Shown: positions 1-9,973 of the stretch, piece by piece | Numbering within the stretch: position 1 is the stretch's first letter | How the letters are laid out: each line of letters begins with the position of its first letter | NCBI GenBank assembly: GCA_029856145.1 | Contig: JAHQWK010000026.1 | Coordinates: 27,628 to 91,627 of the forward strand | Direction: 5' to 3' | Length of the DNA: 64,000 bases | Source of the DNA: Promethearchaeia archaeon | Lineage (GTDB): Archaea > Asgardarchaeota > Lokiarchaeia > Sigyniarchaeales > SOKP01 | Notes under the pieces: generated by a model | The model's database searches: none | Told to the model about the DNA's origin: nothing | Seen by the model: the letters and a program-made list of their open reading frames with translations, nothing else | Position numbers and translations under genes: made by a program

Positions 1-1
1 A

Positions 2-820
2 GTCAAATAAGATTCTTCCTTTTGGCCTAGGACATAACCATTGAACGGCTTCACTAATCACGGAACTCATATTTACACCAATAGCATTTCCCAAACCGGG
101 GAGATGTACTACACGCCCTCCCATATCTAGAGGATCTCGTGCGACAGCAGTCGCATAATTATTATTTCCGTCTCGATTAGCTAATTTTATCGTATCTGCT
201 CCAGCAGAAGTACCAAGTAAAATATCCCAATATAAAAAATCCATCCAAGTACCTGCAGAAGAGAATTTATCTCCAACATCATAATATTTAGTTATAGGAT
301 GCCGAAAAGAAACATTATGACTTGTTCCCGATAGATAGGCAAAATAAGTCCCCCACCCGTGATCTCCTAATGATTCAGGAATGAGAATGCCTTCATAGCA
401 AAGATAAGGTAGAGCACTGTCAAAACTTAATAATCCCCCTCCACCTAACCAAAACTCTTTTACATGTTTTGTTATATTTTCCCTAGGTAAATTATCGACC
501 ATAATAAAGAGATCAAAGTCTGCTGTCATTAATTCATGATTGTATATATCTGTGCATGTTAATTCTGTTACCTGATGTCCTTCAGATTGTAAAAATCCCA
601 TCAATTCGTTATAATCATTTGTGTATGTTCCACCCGCAGAGTATGATGTTTCTGTTGTATTCGGTTCATTATATATAGCAATACGAATTGTATTAACTGC
701 AATTTGGGAAGTTTTTAGATTAGTAGTCACTGGTTTCTCCGAAATAGTCTTTGGTACAAATACAAATTGTAGTATCAATAGACTAATGAAAATTGTTAAA
801 CAAAAATTCATTTTTTTCAT
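2..820 (-). CDS. Secreted/surface protein with a class-I GATase-like (DUF4350-type) domain, 3'-truncated by the window edge
   Basis: Hand translation from ATG 820: MKKMNFCLTIFISLLILQFVFVP (signal-like)...IRIAIYNEP...GFLQSEGHQVTEL...FDLFIMVDNLP...VKEFWLGGGGLLSFD...RPKGRILFD; open to the window start; missing from the ORF track. Confidence 0.7.
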   Translation of the reverse strand, partial: MKKMNFCLTIFISLLILQFVFVPKTISEKPVTTNLKTSQIAVNTIRIAIYNEPNTTETSYSAGGTYTNDYNELMGFLQSEGHQVTELTCTDIYNHELMTADFDLFIMVDNLPRENITKHVKEFWLGGGGLLSFDSALPYLCYEGILIPESLGDHGWGTYFAYLSGTSHNVSFRHPITKYYDVGDKFSSAGTWMDFLYWDILLGTSAGADTIKLANRDGNNNYATAVARDPLDMGGRVVHLPGLGNAIGVNMSSVISEAVQWLCPRPKGRILFD

Positions 821-1040
821 TGGTTTTCACATTTTTTCTAAAAGTTTTTTATCAGATAAATATGTATGACATAGAAGATTATTTCTCTATTTAATATTAA
901 TGTTATTCGTTACAGATTTGTTAAAAGTTTTTTTACGGATTATTCTTGATTTAGTATGGATTGAATTGGGGGAAATTTATGATTTAAAGATTATATTTAA
1001 AATTAACAAAAAAAATATAGAATATGAACAATTATATTAT

Positions 1041-1775
1041 ATGGAGTTTTTTAGCCAAAGATTTGATGATATTAAAAAATCAAAAAATCCCGAAGTAATA
1101 AATGATTTTTTAATAAAATTGAGTAAAAGCCCAAATATTGAATATTTTTCGATTTTAGACTATTTTATAGACGAGATAGATATCCAAATATTAGAGAAAG
1201 TTAAACTTAACCTTGTATTTTTAATAGGTGAAATTGGTAAGGGCTCAGTTATAGACACTAAATATTTAGAGTTTTTATCTAAGACCTATTATTCATCAGA
1301 TAGATGGATTCGGAATGAGATTATCCAAGCGTTTGGAAAAATTTTAAAGAAGACTGAAATATCGCAAGATGCCATTGAATTAATTGGATATGCTATAAAT
1401 GATGAATATCCGCCAATTAAAGTTAATGCTCTTAGAATCTTGTTAAATTTAGATGATATTCCTCTTTTTGTAAGAAGAAATCTTTTTTTTACACTAAATT
1501 TAAAAAATTCAGAATTAGAAGAATTATGTGTGAAAATTTTTGAAAAATTTCTTCCAGACTTTAATAAATTGTTTAACTCACTGAACTATTCAGATAACTA
1601 TTTAATCTTAAAACCAAAAGCAATTAGGAGTTTGCTAATAATATATTTTAAATCTCCTATTAATTTAGAATCATTTCGGAAAAAGATTTCATCCTCAAAT
1701 TGGGAAATTGAGCATAGAGAGAGATATCTCAAAGAGATTGATACTTATGAAAAAATTCTATTAAAAAAAATATAA
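1041..1775 (+). CDS. HEAT/ARM-repeat protein
   Basis: HEAT-like SSDRWIRNEIIQAFGKI and NDEYPPIKVNALRIL; ATG 1041 (MEFFSQ) preferred over the low-complexity extension from 900. Confidence 0.65.
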   Translation: MEFFSQRFDDIKKSKNPEVINDFLIKLSKSPNIEYFSILDYFIDEIDIQILEKVKLNLVFLIGEIGKGSVIDTKYLEFLSKTYYSSDRWIRNEIIQAFGKILKKTEISQDAIELIGYAINDEYPPIKVNALRILLNLDDIPLFVRRNLFFTLNLKNSELEELCVKIFEKFLPDFNKLFNSLNYSDNYLILKPKAIRSLLIIYFKSPINLESFRKKISSSNWEIEHRERYLKEIDTYEKILLKKI

Positions 1776-1785
1776 AGAATACGAT

Positions 1786-3006
1786 TTATTGATATCTTTT
1801 AAGAATCTCATTCAAATCTTCATTAGATAATACTATTTCATTAAAAATTTTAATTAATATTTTTATAATTTCTCTAGGATTGCCTTTAGAACGGTTATAA
1901 ATATATTTTAGTACTATTTCGTTAAGTGGATAATAAGAATCTGAAAAATCCCTGAAATAATCAAAATAGTTAATATTTCCGAAAAAAAATTCTAAATTTT
2001 TCTTATAAAATGTAGAAAGGTCCTTTTCTATAAAGTTCGATAAAATAATAGGTTCCTTCAATACATTTAAGAGATGGCTATTTTTATCTTCAAATTTATC
2101 TTTAATTTCCTTATAATAATCAACTGATTTCAGAGTAATAATTATTCTTAGACCTTTAATTTTATTTAAATTAAGAATTTTGTCTAATAATTTCTCCGCT
2201 GTATGCTTTTCTGGCGATTCTCTGCTCCCATAAAGCCAGCTTCGATCAAAAACTTCTTCTTTTTCTTCTCCTATAGATATAGGTTTCATCATAGAAATAA
2301 TTTTTTCGAAATCATCGATAAATAATACACTATTTACTATTGAATTTTCAACTAATACTTTCAGCATTGTATAGGAGTGATTCCTTCCCCTTAAGTCATG
2401 ATTTAAATTTAGTCTTGAAAGTTCTCTTATATCTATAACTTCTCCTAAAAACCATCTCTCAGCTTCTATTTTTTTATATGGATCAAGTTGATGAGCTGTT
2501 AATGCATTTATTATATCCATTATTGCTGTTTTATGCTCAAAGTTTGGTGCCCAACTATCAAAAGCAACCTTTCTCACCTTCTCGATATCAGCTAAATGAA
2601 AAAAACCATACTTTCGCTCTAAAGCACCCCATTTATTACATAATCTTCTCGCAATATTCCTTAAAACTTCAATACCCATACTTTCAATAAACTCTGAGTA
2701 TGTATAATAATAAAACTTCTTAATAACATTCTCTAATGAAACATAGATGATATTATAGTAATATAATTCATGTTTTAAGGCCCAAAATAAATGTGTTTTC
2801 CCATTACCTACACCTCCTATTATAGGTAGAATAAAATTTTCATCTTTTTCAATTACATCAATAATAGAATATAAGAAGTCTTGCCTTGATTGAACTAATC
2901 CAATATCCTCTTCAATTTCTCCTGTAGACACAAATTTTTTAAAGGGAGAACCTGTGAATTTTAAGAGATTAAGCAGTTTTTGTTGTTTATTTTCAAAAAG
3001 GAGCAT
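1786..3006 (-). CDS. P-loop/AAA+ ATPase
   Basis: Walker A GGVGNGKT, Walker B VLFIDDFE, C-terminal GNPREII sensor-2-like motif. Confidence 0.8.
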   Translation of the reverse strand: MLLFENKQQKLLNLLKFTGSPFKKFVSTGEIEEDIGLVQSRQDFLYSIIDVIEKDENFILPIIGGVGNGKTHLFWALKHELYYYNIIYVSLENVIKKFYYYTYSEFIESMGIEVLRNIARRLCNKWGALERKYGFFHLADIEKVRKVAFDSWAPNFEHKTAIMDIINALTAHQLDPYKKIEAERWFLGEVIDIRELSRLNLNHDLRGRNHSYTMLKVLVENSIVNSVLFIDDFEKIISMMKPISIGEEKEEVFDRSWLYGSRESPEKHTAEKLLDKILNLNKIKGLRIIITLKSVDYYKEIKDKFEDKNSHLLNVLKEPIILSNFIEKDLSTFYKKNLEFFFGNINYFDYFRDFSDSYYPLNEIVLKYIYNRSKGNPREIIKILIKIFNEIVLSNEDLNEILKRYQ

Positions 3007-3023
3007 TTTTAAATCGGTTTACT

Positions 3024-3647
3024 TTAAGATTTTAATTCTTCAATTCCTAAAATTATAATATATTCAACTACTTTATCATCCACGTTGATAATTGATTCGT
3101 AACTTATATTAAGTTCGTCATTTTTATCTCTTCCAACAATCAAGCAATCGTAAAAAACTGGATCACCATTATCATCAATAACTACTCTATCAGCAATAAT
3201 AATACCATTCCGGATCATTGAAATAGGATTTTTTAGTATCTCACCTTTAAAAAAATCTAAATGATTAAGTCTAAATTTGGGATCGTCTAAAAGTAAGCCT
3301 GCTGTGTGAAGTAAATTAATAGTAAAAGGGAAATCGTTCGAAAATTGACCTTGATCATATTGTTCCATAGTATTTTCGGGTATTAAAATAGAATATTCCA
3401 AAGGGATCTCATTTAAATTCCATTTAAAATTCATACTTCTTGAAAATGGGTTAATATTTTTTTCGACTTTTTCGAACCCTACAAGTAAGCCTTCAGATAT
3501 ACTGATTCCTTCTAATTCTGATACAATGATGTTATCAGAAAAGATTATTTTATCTTGCCATTTTGATATAATTGAACCCGTAAATTTTCCATTGGTTTGT
3601 ATCCCTTTAAAAGAATCATATAAGATAAAATTGGGTGAATTTGTCAT
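3024..3647 (-). CDS. Hypothetical protein
   Basis: 207-aa ORF co-oriented with, and 18 bp from, the ATPase. Confidence 0.6.
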   Translation of the reverse strand: MTNSPNFILYDSFKGIQTNGKFTGSIISKWQDKIIFSDNIIVSELEGISISEGLLVGFEKVEKNINPFSRSMNFKWNLNEIPLEYSILIPENTMEQYDQGQFSNDFPFTINLLHTAGLLLDDPKFRLNHLDFFKGEILKNPISMIRNGIIIADRVVIDDNGDPVFYDCLIVGRDKNDELNISYESIINVDDKVVEYIIILGIEELKS

Positions 3648-3782
3648 GGTAACTATTTTTTCTTCAGTATTAGCGACTCTTTTTAAGCAATTATTTCACA
3701 TTTATATCATTAATCTTATATATAAATACTTTCCATATATTTTTTGGTAGAATATACAATAGATATTAACTGATAATAAAAA

Positions 3783-5030
3783 ATGGGTTCTTCCATCCTT
3801 TCTCAGAAAATTTCAGAGCTATCTAAATCAGAGTTATTAGATAGAGCGAGTCAGTTCATTTTTTCAACTGGTTTAAATGATGGAACATCAAAATTATGTA
3901 AGGCAAATATGAAATACGGCTTAGCTTCATTCCAGCTTATCCAAGAAAAATATGGATTTGAACCAAAGGCAACTTTTATATCTTCTCCTGATGAAACCAT
4001 CTCTAGAAATAAGTTTAGATGGAATTCAGGGATAGGATATGGTGGAAAATTAAATTGGGGGCATGGAAATGATAAAATAATTTTTCTTAACACAAAACCG
4101 AACTGTTGTGGTATTTTAGTTGGGGGGTTAGAAGAATTACCAGATCCGTACAATTTAATCAAAAAAGTTGATAAAATTAAATCAGAAGAGCTATACTATG
4201 ATCAGATTAGAATTAATTGGGATTATGGAATATCTAATCATTTCATTAATTGCCTTGAAACTAAGAACTTATCTGACTTGGATCTTCCTCCATACGTATT
4301 TCTTATTCATGGTTCCGCTCCTGAATTTAGAGACGATAGAGACGATGGTTTTGGACTTTATATTGACAAGTCAAAAAAACTAAGAGATATTGCGATTGAA
4401 GAAAAAAGTAAGTTTGGTATACAATACATATTATTGGATTCTAATGCTAAAGAATATCTTGAATTAAACAAAAGAGCTTTAGAATTTTCAAATTTAAAAA
4501 GGAAAATTATCGCCGATAATCTTTTTGATTATGGATATGAAATTATTTGTAATCAAGCACACCAATTTTTAAAGGATTACAATAATATGTATTTAGGAAG
4601 CAATTGTACGGATAAAAATTGTGAACTGATTAAATCAAATATTTTTCCGACAACTCTTAGAGCAGATATTGCAGCTTATTTATTTAAGGGAAAAAAAAAT
4701 TTATCTGAAAGAACACTTAAAAATCAAAACCTCTTAGAAAGGGGAGAAAAATTAGAACTCTTAGACTTATTATTAAATGCTAATATACTTCCACATGGTG
4801 GAGGCTATAAATTTACAGATACGGAAAATGTGCTAGATATATTAGAATATAAAGACCAGAGATACTTTGTTACATCTTTAAAATCAAATGTTAGTAGATT
4901 AAAAATAATTAGAAATGTAAGTGATTTACAATTTGAATATCGAGGACGTGATATTATTCTTAAAACTATTCAATTAGATCTTGGAGATATAATTGCTAGA
5001 CTGAATCCGTTGTTTTCATTAAAACTATAA
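3783..5030 (+). CDS. Divergent RtcB-like (RNA ligase fold) protein
   Basis: Motifs in RtcB order: SPD, GIGYGG, PNCCG (cf. DINCG), SNHF (cf. GNHF), IHGS (cf. HSGS), AHQ (cf. AHN), PHGGG (cf. HGAG). Confidence 0.6.
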   Translation: MGSSILSQKISELSKSELLDRASQFIFSTGLNDGTSKLCKANMKYGLASFQLIQEKYGFEPKATFISSPDETISRNKFRWNSGIGYGGKLNWGHGNDKIIFLNTKPNCCGILVGGLEELPDPYNLIKKVDKIKSEELYYDQIRINWDYGISNHFINCLETKNLSDLDLPPYVFLIHGSAPEFRDDRDDGFGLYIDKSKKLRDIAIEEKSKFGIQYILLDSNAKEYLELNKRALEFSNLKRKIIADNLFDYGYEIICNQAHQFLKDYNNMYLGSNCTDKNCELIKSNIFPTTLRADIAAYLFKGKKNLSERTLKNQNLLERGEKLELLDLLLNANILPHGGGYKFTDTENVLDILEYKDQRYFVTSLKSNVSRLKIIRNVSDLQFEYRGRDIILKTIQLDLGDIIARLNPLFSLKL

Positions 5031-5031
5031 T

Positions 5032-7113
5032 TTATTCTATTCTTGCTCCAAGTGGAAGATCTTTGTCAGGCACTAAAATTGATACATTATCACCTTCAAC
5101 AGCCGCTAGAAGCATTCCATGACTCAATATTCCTCTTAATTTCCTTGGTTCTAAATTCGTTAAAACTATAATTTTTTTTCCTTTTAAATCTTCAACTTTA
5201 TAATGCTCAGCTAAACCAGCTACCAAAATTCTTTTTTCAGTTCCCAAATTAATTGATATTTTGTAGAGTTTATCTGCTTTTGGAACTTTTTCAACATTTT
5301 CAACCAAAGCAACTCGAATATCTAATTTTTTAAAATCTTCATATGAAATCAGGTCTTTCTCACCTTCTTCTGGTTTTTTTTCTTTTAATTTTTTATATTC
5401 TTTTTTAATATCCTCAATCTCTAATTTTTGAAAAAGAGGTTTAGGTTTCTTAATACCTATTCCTGCTTTTATAGAATTTTCATTAATGCTATCCCAAGTT
5501 AACTCTTTTAATTTAGGAGCATTTAGATAAGATAAAATCTTTTCGGAAGTTTCTGGTATAAATGGACCTAATAATACTGCTAAAGCGTATACTGCTTGAG
5601 AACATATATTAAATATATGTCCAGCAGCTTTTTTATCTTCTTTAATTAAATGCCATGGGGCCTTTTGATTTAAAAATATGTTCCCTTCTTTTCCAAAATT
5701 GACTATATCTCTTATTGCTTTTCTTATTTTAAAATTAAGTAGACTTTCTCCTACTTCGGCACTAATATTATTTATCCTTTCTATAAACTTTTTATCAGTT
5801 TCGTCATATTCTATTTTTTCCGGGATTTTACTGTTAAATTGCTTTTCTATAAAGGTTAAAGTCCGATGGACAAAATTACCGATATTATCATTAAGGGTTT
5901 TTATATTATTTTCAAATTCAGACCATAGAAAAGAAGTATCACCTGTTTCTGGGCGATTAAATATCAAATTAAATCTCCAGTAATCGAGAGGAGCTAATTT
6001 TAATGCGTCATCAATCCATATCCCAACTCCTCTTGATTTAGAAAACTTTTCATTCTCATACAATAACCATTCGGTTGATGAAACGTTATATGGTAATACA
6101 AGTTTATCACTTTCTTTTTTGTCTTTATTATACGCAATTAATAATCCTGGAAATACAATTAAGTGAAATATAATATTATCTTTCCCTATAAAGTAGACCG
6201 TTTTTGTATTAGGATCTTTCCAAAAATAATCAAATTTATCGGGTTCATTAATCAGCTTATCTGCCCATTCTTTTACAGCAGTTATGTAGCCTAATACGGC
6301 CTCGAACCATACATATATAGTTTTATCTTCAGCACCCTTGAAAGGTGCAGCAATTCCCCAATCTAGATCTCTTGTAATTGCTCTTTCATGTAAGCCCTCT
6401 GCAATCCAGCTTAAACACATTTGTCGAGCATTAGACGGTAGAATTTCATTTTCTTCAATTAACTTTTTTAACTGATCCTGTAATTGAGATAGATCTAAAT
6501 ACCAATGTTTTGTTTTTCTAATTACTGGAGTATTTCCACATATTGCACATCTAGGTTCAAGAAGTTCTAATGGAGTTAACAGTTTTTGGCATTTATCACA
6601 TTGATCTCCTCTAGCACCATCATCCTTACAGTTAGGACAAGTTCCTTCTACAAATCTATCAGGTAAGAATAAATCATTATTTTCACAGTAGAGTGATTCT
6701 ATTTCTTTTTCTATTATAAATCCATTTTTCTCGATATCCAAGTATATCTTTTTCACAAGTTCAATATGAGTAGGATTATGAGTTATAGTATAATTATCAA
6801 AAGAAATAAGCCATTTTTCATGCAAATCTTTAATAATTTTATGGTATTTAAACGCTAGTTGTTCAGCAGAGATATGTTCTCCAGTAGAAGCGTTTATCTT
6901 TTTTGCTTCCACAGAAATGGGTGTTCCATGAGAATCTGATCCAGAAACAAACACTACTTCTTCTCCTTTCATTCTCAGAAATCTTGCAAATACATCTGCG
7001 GATAGTGTACTTCCAATTAAATTCCCTAGATGTGGAGTAGCATTCACATAGGGCCATCCTGATGTTACTACCCATTTACCTTTCTTTATGTTAACTAATT
7101 TAATCGACCTCAA
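5032..7113 (-). CDS. metG: Methionine--tRNA ligase with C-terminal tRNA-binding (Trbp111-like) domain
   Basis: PYVN..PHLGN (HIGH), Zn knuckles, YVWFEA, GKDNIIFH, KFSKS, C-terminal LDIRV...NLEPRKLRGILSHGMLLAA; exact start uncertain. Confidence 0.97.
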   Translation of the reverse strand: MRSIKLVNIKKGKWVVTSGWPYVNATPHLGNLIGSTLSADVFARFLRMKGEEVVFVSGSDSHGTPISVEAKKINASTGEHISAEQLAFKYHKIIKDLHEKWLISFDNYTITHNPTHIELVKKIYLDIEKNGFIIEKEIESLYCENNDLFLPDRFVEGTCPNCKDDGARGDQCDKCQKLLTPLELLEPRCAICGNTPVIRKTKHWYLDLSQLQDQLKKLIEENEILPSNARQMCLSWIAEGLHERAITRDLDWGIAAPFKGAEDKTIYVWFEAVLGYITAVKEWADKLINEPDKFDYFWKDPNTKTVYFIGKDNIIFHLIVFPGLLIAYNKDKKESDKLVLPYNVSSTEWLLYENEKFSKSRGVGIWIDDALKLAPLDYWRFNLIFNRPETGDTSFLWSEFENNIKTLNDNIGNFVHRTLTFIEKQFNSKIPEKIEYDETDKKFIERINNISAEVGESLLNFKIRKAIRDIVNFGKEGNIFLNQKAPWHLIKEDKKAAGHIFNICSQAVYALAVLLGPFIPETSEKILSYLNAPKLKELTWDSINENSIKAGIGIKKPKPLFQKLEIEDIKKEYKKLKEKKPEEGEKDLISYEDFKKLDIRVALVENVEKVPKADKLYKISINLGTEKRILVAGLAEHYKVEDLKGKKIIVLTNLEPRKLRGILSHGMLLAAVEGDNVSILVPDKDLPLGARIE

Positions 7114-7182
7114 TACTTGAATTTATTAATAAAAAGAATCCTAAGCTTAAATAATTTAAACAAAGTAAGTATAAATAATTGG

Positions 7183-8364
7183 TTATTCAAAGATTATTTT
7201 TGCTCCACAATATCGGCAAGCTTTAATTTCCTTGTACATCTTTTGAAAACAAGGTTCATGATAATAGGCAGTACAATTTTCACATTTATAAACTTTAAAA
7301 TCACCTAGGAAAATACTATGACAATAAGAACAAGATGCATCAATTTGATCGATTTCATCATCAGGTACTAATGTCACCTCCGTCTCCAGAATTTCATCTT
7401 CTTCTGCAATCTTTATTTCTGGGAGTTTTTCTGTTTTCTCTTTTACTAGTTTTAATGCTGCTCTCGGCAATTCTAACAAAAAGAAACAAAAAGGGCATCG
7501 AAACACATTTTCTGTGTATTCACTTTTCTTAGCCCACATAGCAGCACAAGAGAGATGCATTGCTCGATCGCAACTAGGGCAATAGCGTCCCTCACCTAAG
7601 AAATCAGACCCAGTAACTGCAGCTTTAACAGAGTGACAAATCTGACATTTCTCTTGTCCTCTACCTCCTCCTTTCATCATTAACTTAATATCTGGTAATG
7701 AGGGCCTTCTTAATGGAAGTGCGATCTCACTGATTAAGGGTGCAATTTTATCATTTTTATCCGGGGAGAAATAATCTGTAGTTTCTCTCACTTCTTTTTT
7801 GGAAGCAAATTCATTTCCTGCATTAATAATTGCTTTAGAATTATTAAAATATTCAAAGTCTCCTCCAGTTGATTGTGTTATTCTTTTTAATGAGTCTTCA
7901 CCATGATCCTGTACACCACCTAATTGACAAGCATCAATAAATACACCTAAACCCTTAGCAATGTTGACTATTTTTCTTAATTTACTGATGTCATTATTTA
8001 GTTTATTATCTGTAATAATAAATATACGAGCAGTTTTTCCTCCCACTTTACGCATCTCTTCAACAAGAATTTGAAGTGCAAAAGCAATACCTTCGTGTAA
8101 TAATCCTTGACCTGAAATTTGAACTTTCTTCAAGGATTTAATTAACTTCTCTTCTTCGTATGCAAAATCAATTAATTTCCTTGTTATATTCCCAAATGTA
8201 ATTATTGATATTCGGTCTTTCAAATCAATAGATAATTTTGATTGAATGAAATTCTTTGTTGCTTGTAATTCAATAGCTAATCTACTCGGTTTAAAATCTT
8301 TTCTTAACATCGACCTAGATGCGTCTAAAAGAATAACTGTATCTTCAATTTTCTGTACAGGCAA
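7183..8364 (-). CDS. VWA-domain protein with two C4HC3 RING/PHD-like zinc fingers (Ssl1/p44- or Rpn10-like VWA)
   Basis: MIDAS DASRS in LLDASRSMLRKDFKPSRL; fingers CQIC..CPSC..HLSC..CPFC and CSYC..CENC..HEPC..CRYC. Confidence 0.8.
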   Translation of the reverse strand: MPVQKIEDTVILLDASRSMLRKDFKPSRLAIELQATKNFIQSKLSIDLKDRISIITFGNITRKLIDFAYEEEKLIKSLKKVQISGQGLLHEGIAFALQILVEEMRKVGGKTARIFIITDNKLNNDISKLRKIVNIAKGLGVFIDACQLGGVQDHGEDSLKRITQSTGGDFEYFNNSKAIINAGNEFASKKEVRETTDYFSPDKNDKIAPLISEIALPLRRPSLPDIKLMMKGGGRGQEKCQICHSVKAAVTGSDFLGEGRYCPSCDRAMHLSCAAMWAKKSEYTENVFRCPFCFFLLELPRAALKLVKEKTEKLPEIKIAEEDEILETEVTLVPDDEIDQIDASCSYCHSIFLGDFKVYKCENCTAYYHEPCFQKMYKEIKACRYCGAKIIFE

Positions 8365-8454
8365 TTTATCCCAAAATTATCTTATTTATGAAAAATTAAT
8401 TAAATAATAGTAGTAGAATCTTATAAATTTCTATATCTGATTTAAAGTACTTTA

Positions 8455-9807
8455 TTATTTTAAATAATTATAAGCAAATAAAGTATAGACTTTAATGGCA
8501 TTAATATAATCTTTTATTTCTATATATTCATCAGTTGAATGAGCACTTGCACCACTTCCAGGTCCAAACATTATTGTTTTAACACAATAACCCGTATTAC
8601 GGAAATGAGATGCATCAGCACTAGCAGGAAATAGGAGGTAAAATGGTTTTTTATTATACGCTTCTTCGATTATCTTATAAAAACTTTTCAAAATAGAAGA
8701 TTTTTTCCAGTCTTTCCAGTATGATGGTTCAGAATATTGAATATTTTCTATATATACAAAAACTTCTTTTGGTTCACCTACAGGTTCACTTTTTAAAATA
8801 TATCCTAGATCTTCTTCAATCAACTTTTTTAATGCATTAAAAATAGGATCTATATTTTGGCCAGGCAATAATCTAAAATCTATGATAGCTTCACATCTAT
8901 CGGGTACAACATTATCTTTTATTCCTCCCTTAATGATTGTTAAGCTTTTCGTAAACTGGGTGAGTGATTTTAAAACACTATTTAAAATTGGTTGTTCATT
9001 TAGAATTTTTTCTAGAACTTCTGGACGGGGAAGGGCATCACTTATTAGCTTTTTTAATTCTTCTAATGAAAGTGGTGGTTTAATTTTTGGAAGATATTCA
9101 TCTATTTTATCCAAATTATGAATAATTTCACTCATCATATAGATTGCATTTTTTCCCATAAATGGCCATGAAGAATGAGTGGAAATTCCATTTGTGATTA
9201 TCTTTATGATAAGACGTCCTCTTTCACCGATACTTATAACGTGAGGCAAAGGTTTAAGCCTTGTTGGTTCAGCAACAATGCTAAAATTAGGCTTAATTAA
9301 TTTTAATTTATTTTCAATGCACCATTTAGCACCATATACACCCCCAGTTTCCTCATCTGCAACTGCATTCACTATTAAGTTTCCAGAGAGTTTGATTCCT
9401 AGTTTTTTTAGGATTTTTAGAGCGATAACAATTCCCGCTAATCCACCTTTCATATCTGTTGTACCTCTCCCATAAATATACTTATTTCTTTTGATAGTAG
9501 CAGATAATGGCGGATATTTCCATTCCTCTACATTTCCAGGGGGAACAACATCCATATGTCCATTATATAATAAATTTTTTCCTTCAAAATTATCATTTAA
9601 ATATGCAATTAAGTTAGCACGGTTATCACCAAAGGAAAAAATTTCAGATTTTATATTAGAATATTTTAAATATTTGTCAATTATTAGAGCTACATTCTTC
9701 TCATTCCCAGGAGGATTGTAAGACTCAGCTTGAATTAATTCTTGGAAAAAAGTGATATATTCCTCTTGATTCTGTTCAATTTCTTTTAATATCTGATCCT
9801 CACTCAT
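8455..9807 (-). CDS. M20 family metallopeptidase/deacylase (ArgE/DapE-like)
   Basis: GHMDVVP, GRGTTDMKGG, DEETG, AEPT, AHSTDE. Confidence 0.92.
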   Translation of the reverse strand: MSEDQILKEIEQNQEEYITFFQELIQAESYNPPGNEKNVALIIDKYLKYSNIKSEIFSFGDNRANLIAYLNDNFEGKNLLYNGHMDVVPPGNVEEWKYPPLSATIKRNKYIYGRGTTDMKGGLAGIVIALKILKKLGIKLSGNLIVNAVADEETGGVYGAKWCIENKLKLIKPNFSIVAEPTRLKPLPHVISIGERGRLIIKIITNGISTHSSWPFMGKNAIYMMSEIIHNLDKIDEYLPKIKPPLSLEELKKLISDALPRPEVLEKILNEQPILNSVLKSLTQFTKSLTIIKGGIKDNVVPDRCEAIIDFRLLPGQNIDPIFNALKKLIEEDLGYILKSEPVGEPKEVFVYIENIQYSEPSYWKDWKKSSILKSFYKIIEEAYNKKPFYLLFPASADASHFRNTGYCVKTIMFGPGSGASAHSTDEYIEIKDYINAIKVYTLFAYNYLK

Positions 9808-9973
9808 TTAAATTTTCCTTTAAGTTAGTTTTTATTATAGATATTAAGAAAGATTTAGAATTTTATAAAATTTTTTTAAATCGGGAATTTCCTTAATAAA
9901 ATTAAAAAATTTAGGAAATTTTAATACTTTTAAATTATTTTATAAACAAAAATTAGATATTACGGTAATTTTA

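Noticed and set aside
621-869. Track ORF on the + strand
   Set aside because: Antisense shadow of the minus-strand gene 2-820
1786-3006. BREX or other defence-system ATPase
   Set aside because: No pglX/pglZ/brxC or nuclease neighbours; family cannot be assigned by eye
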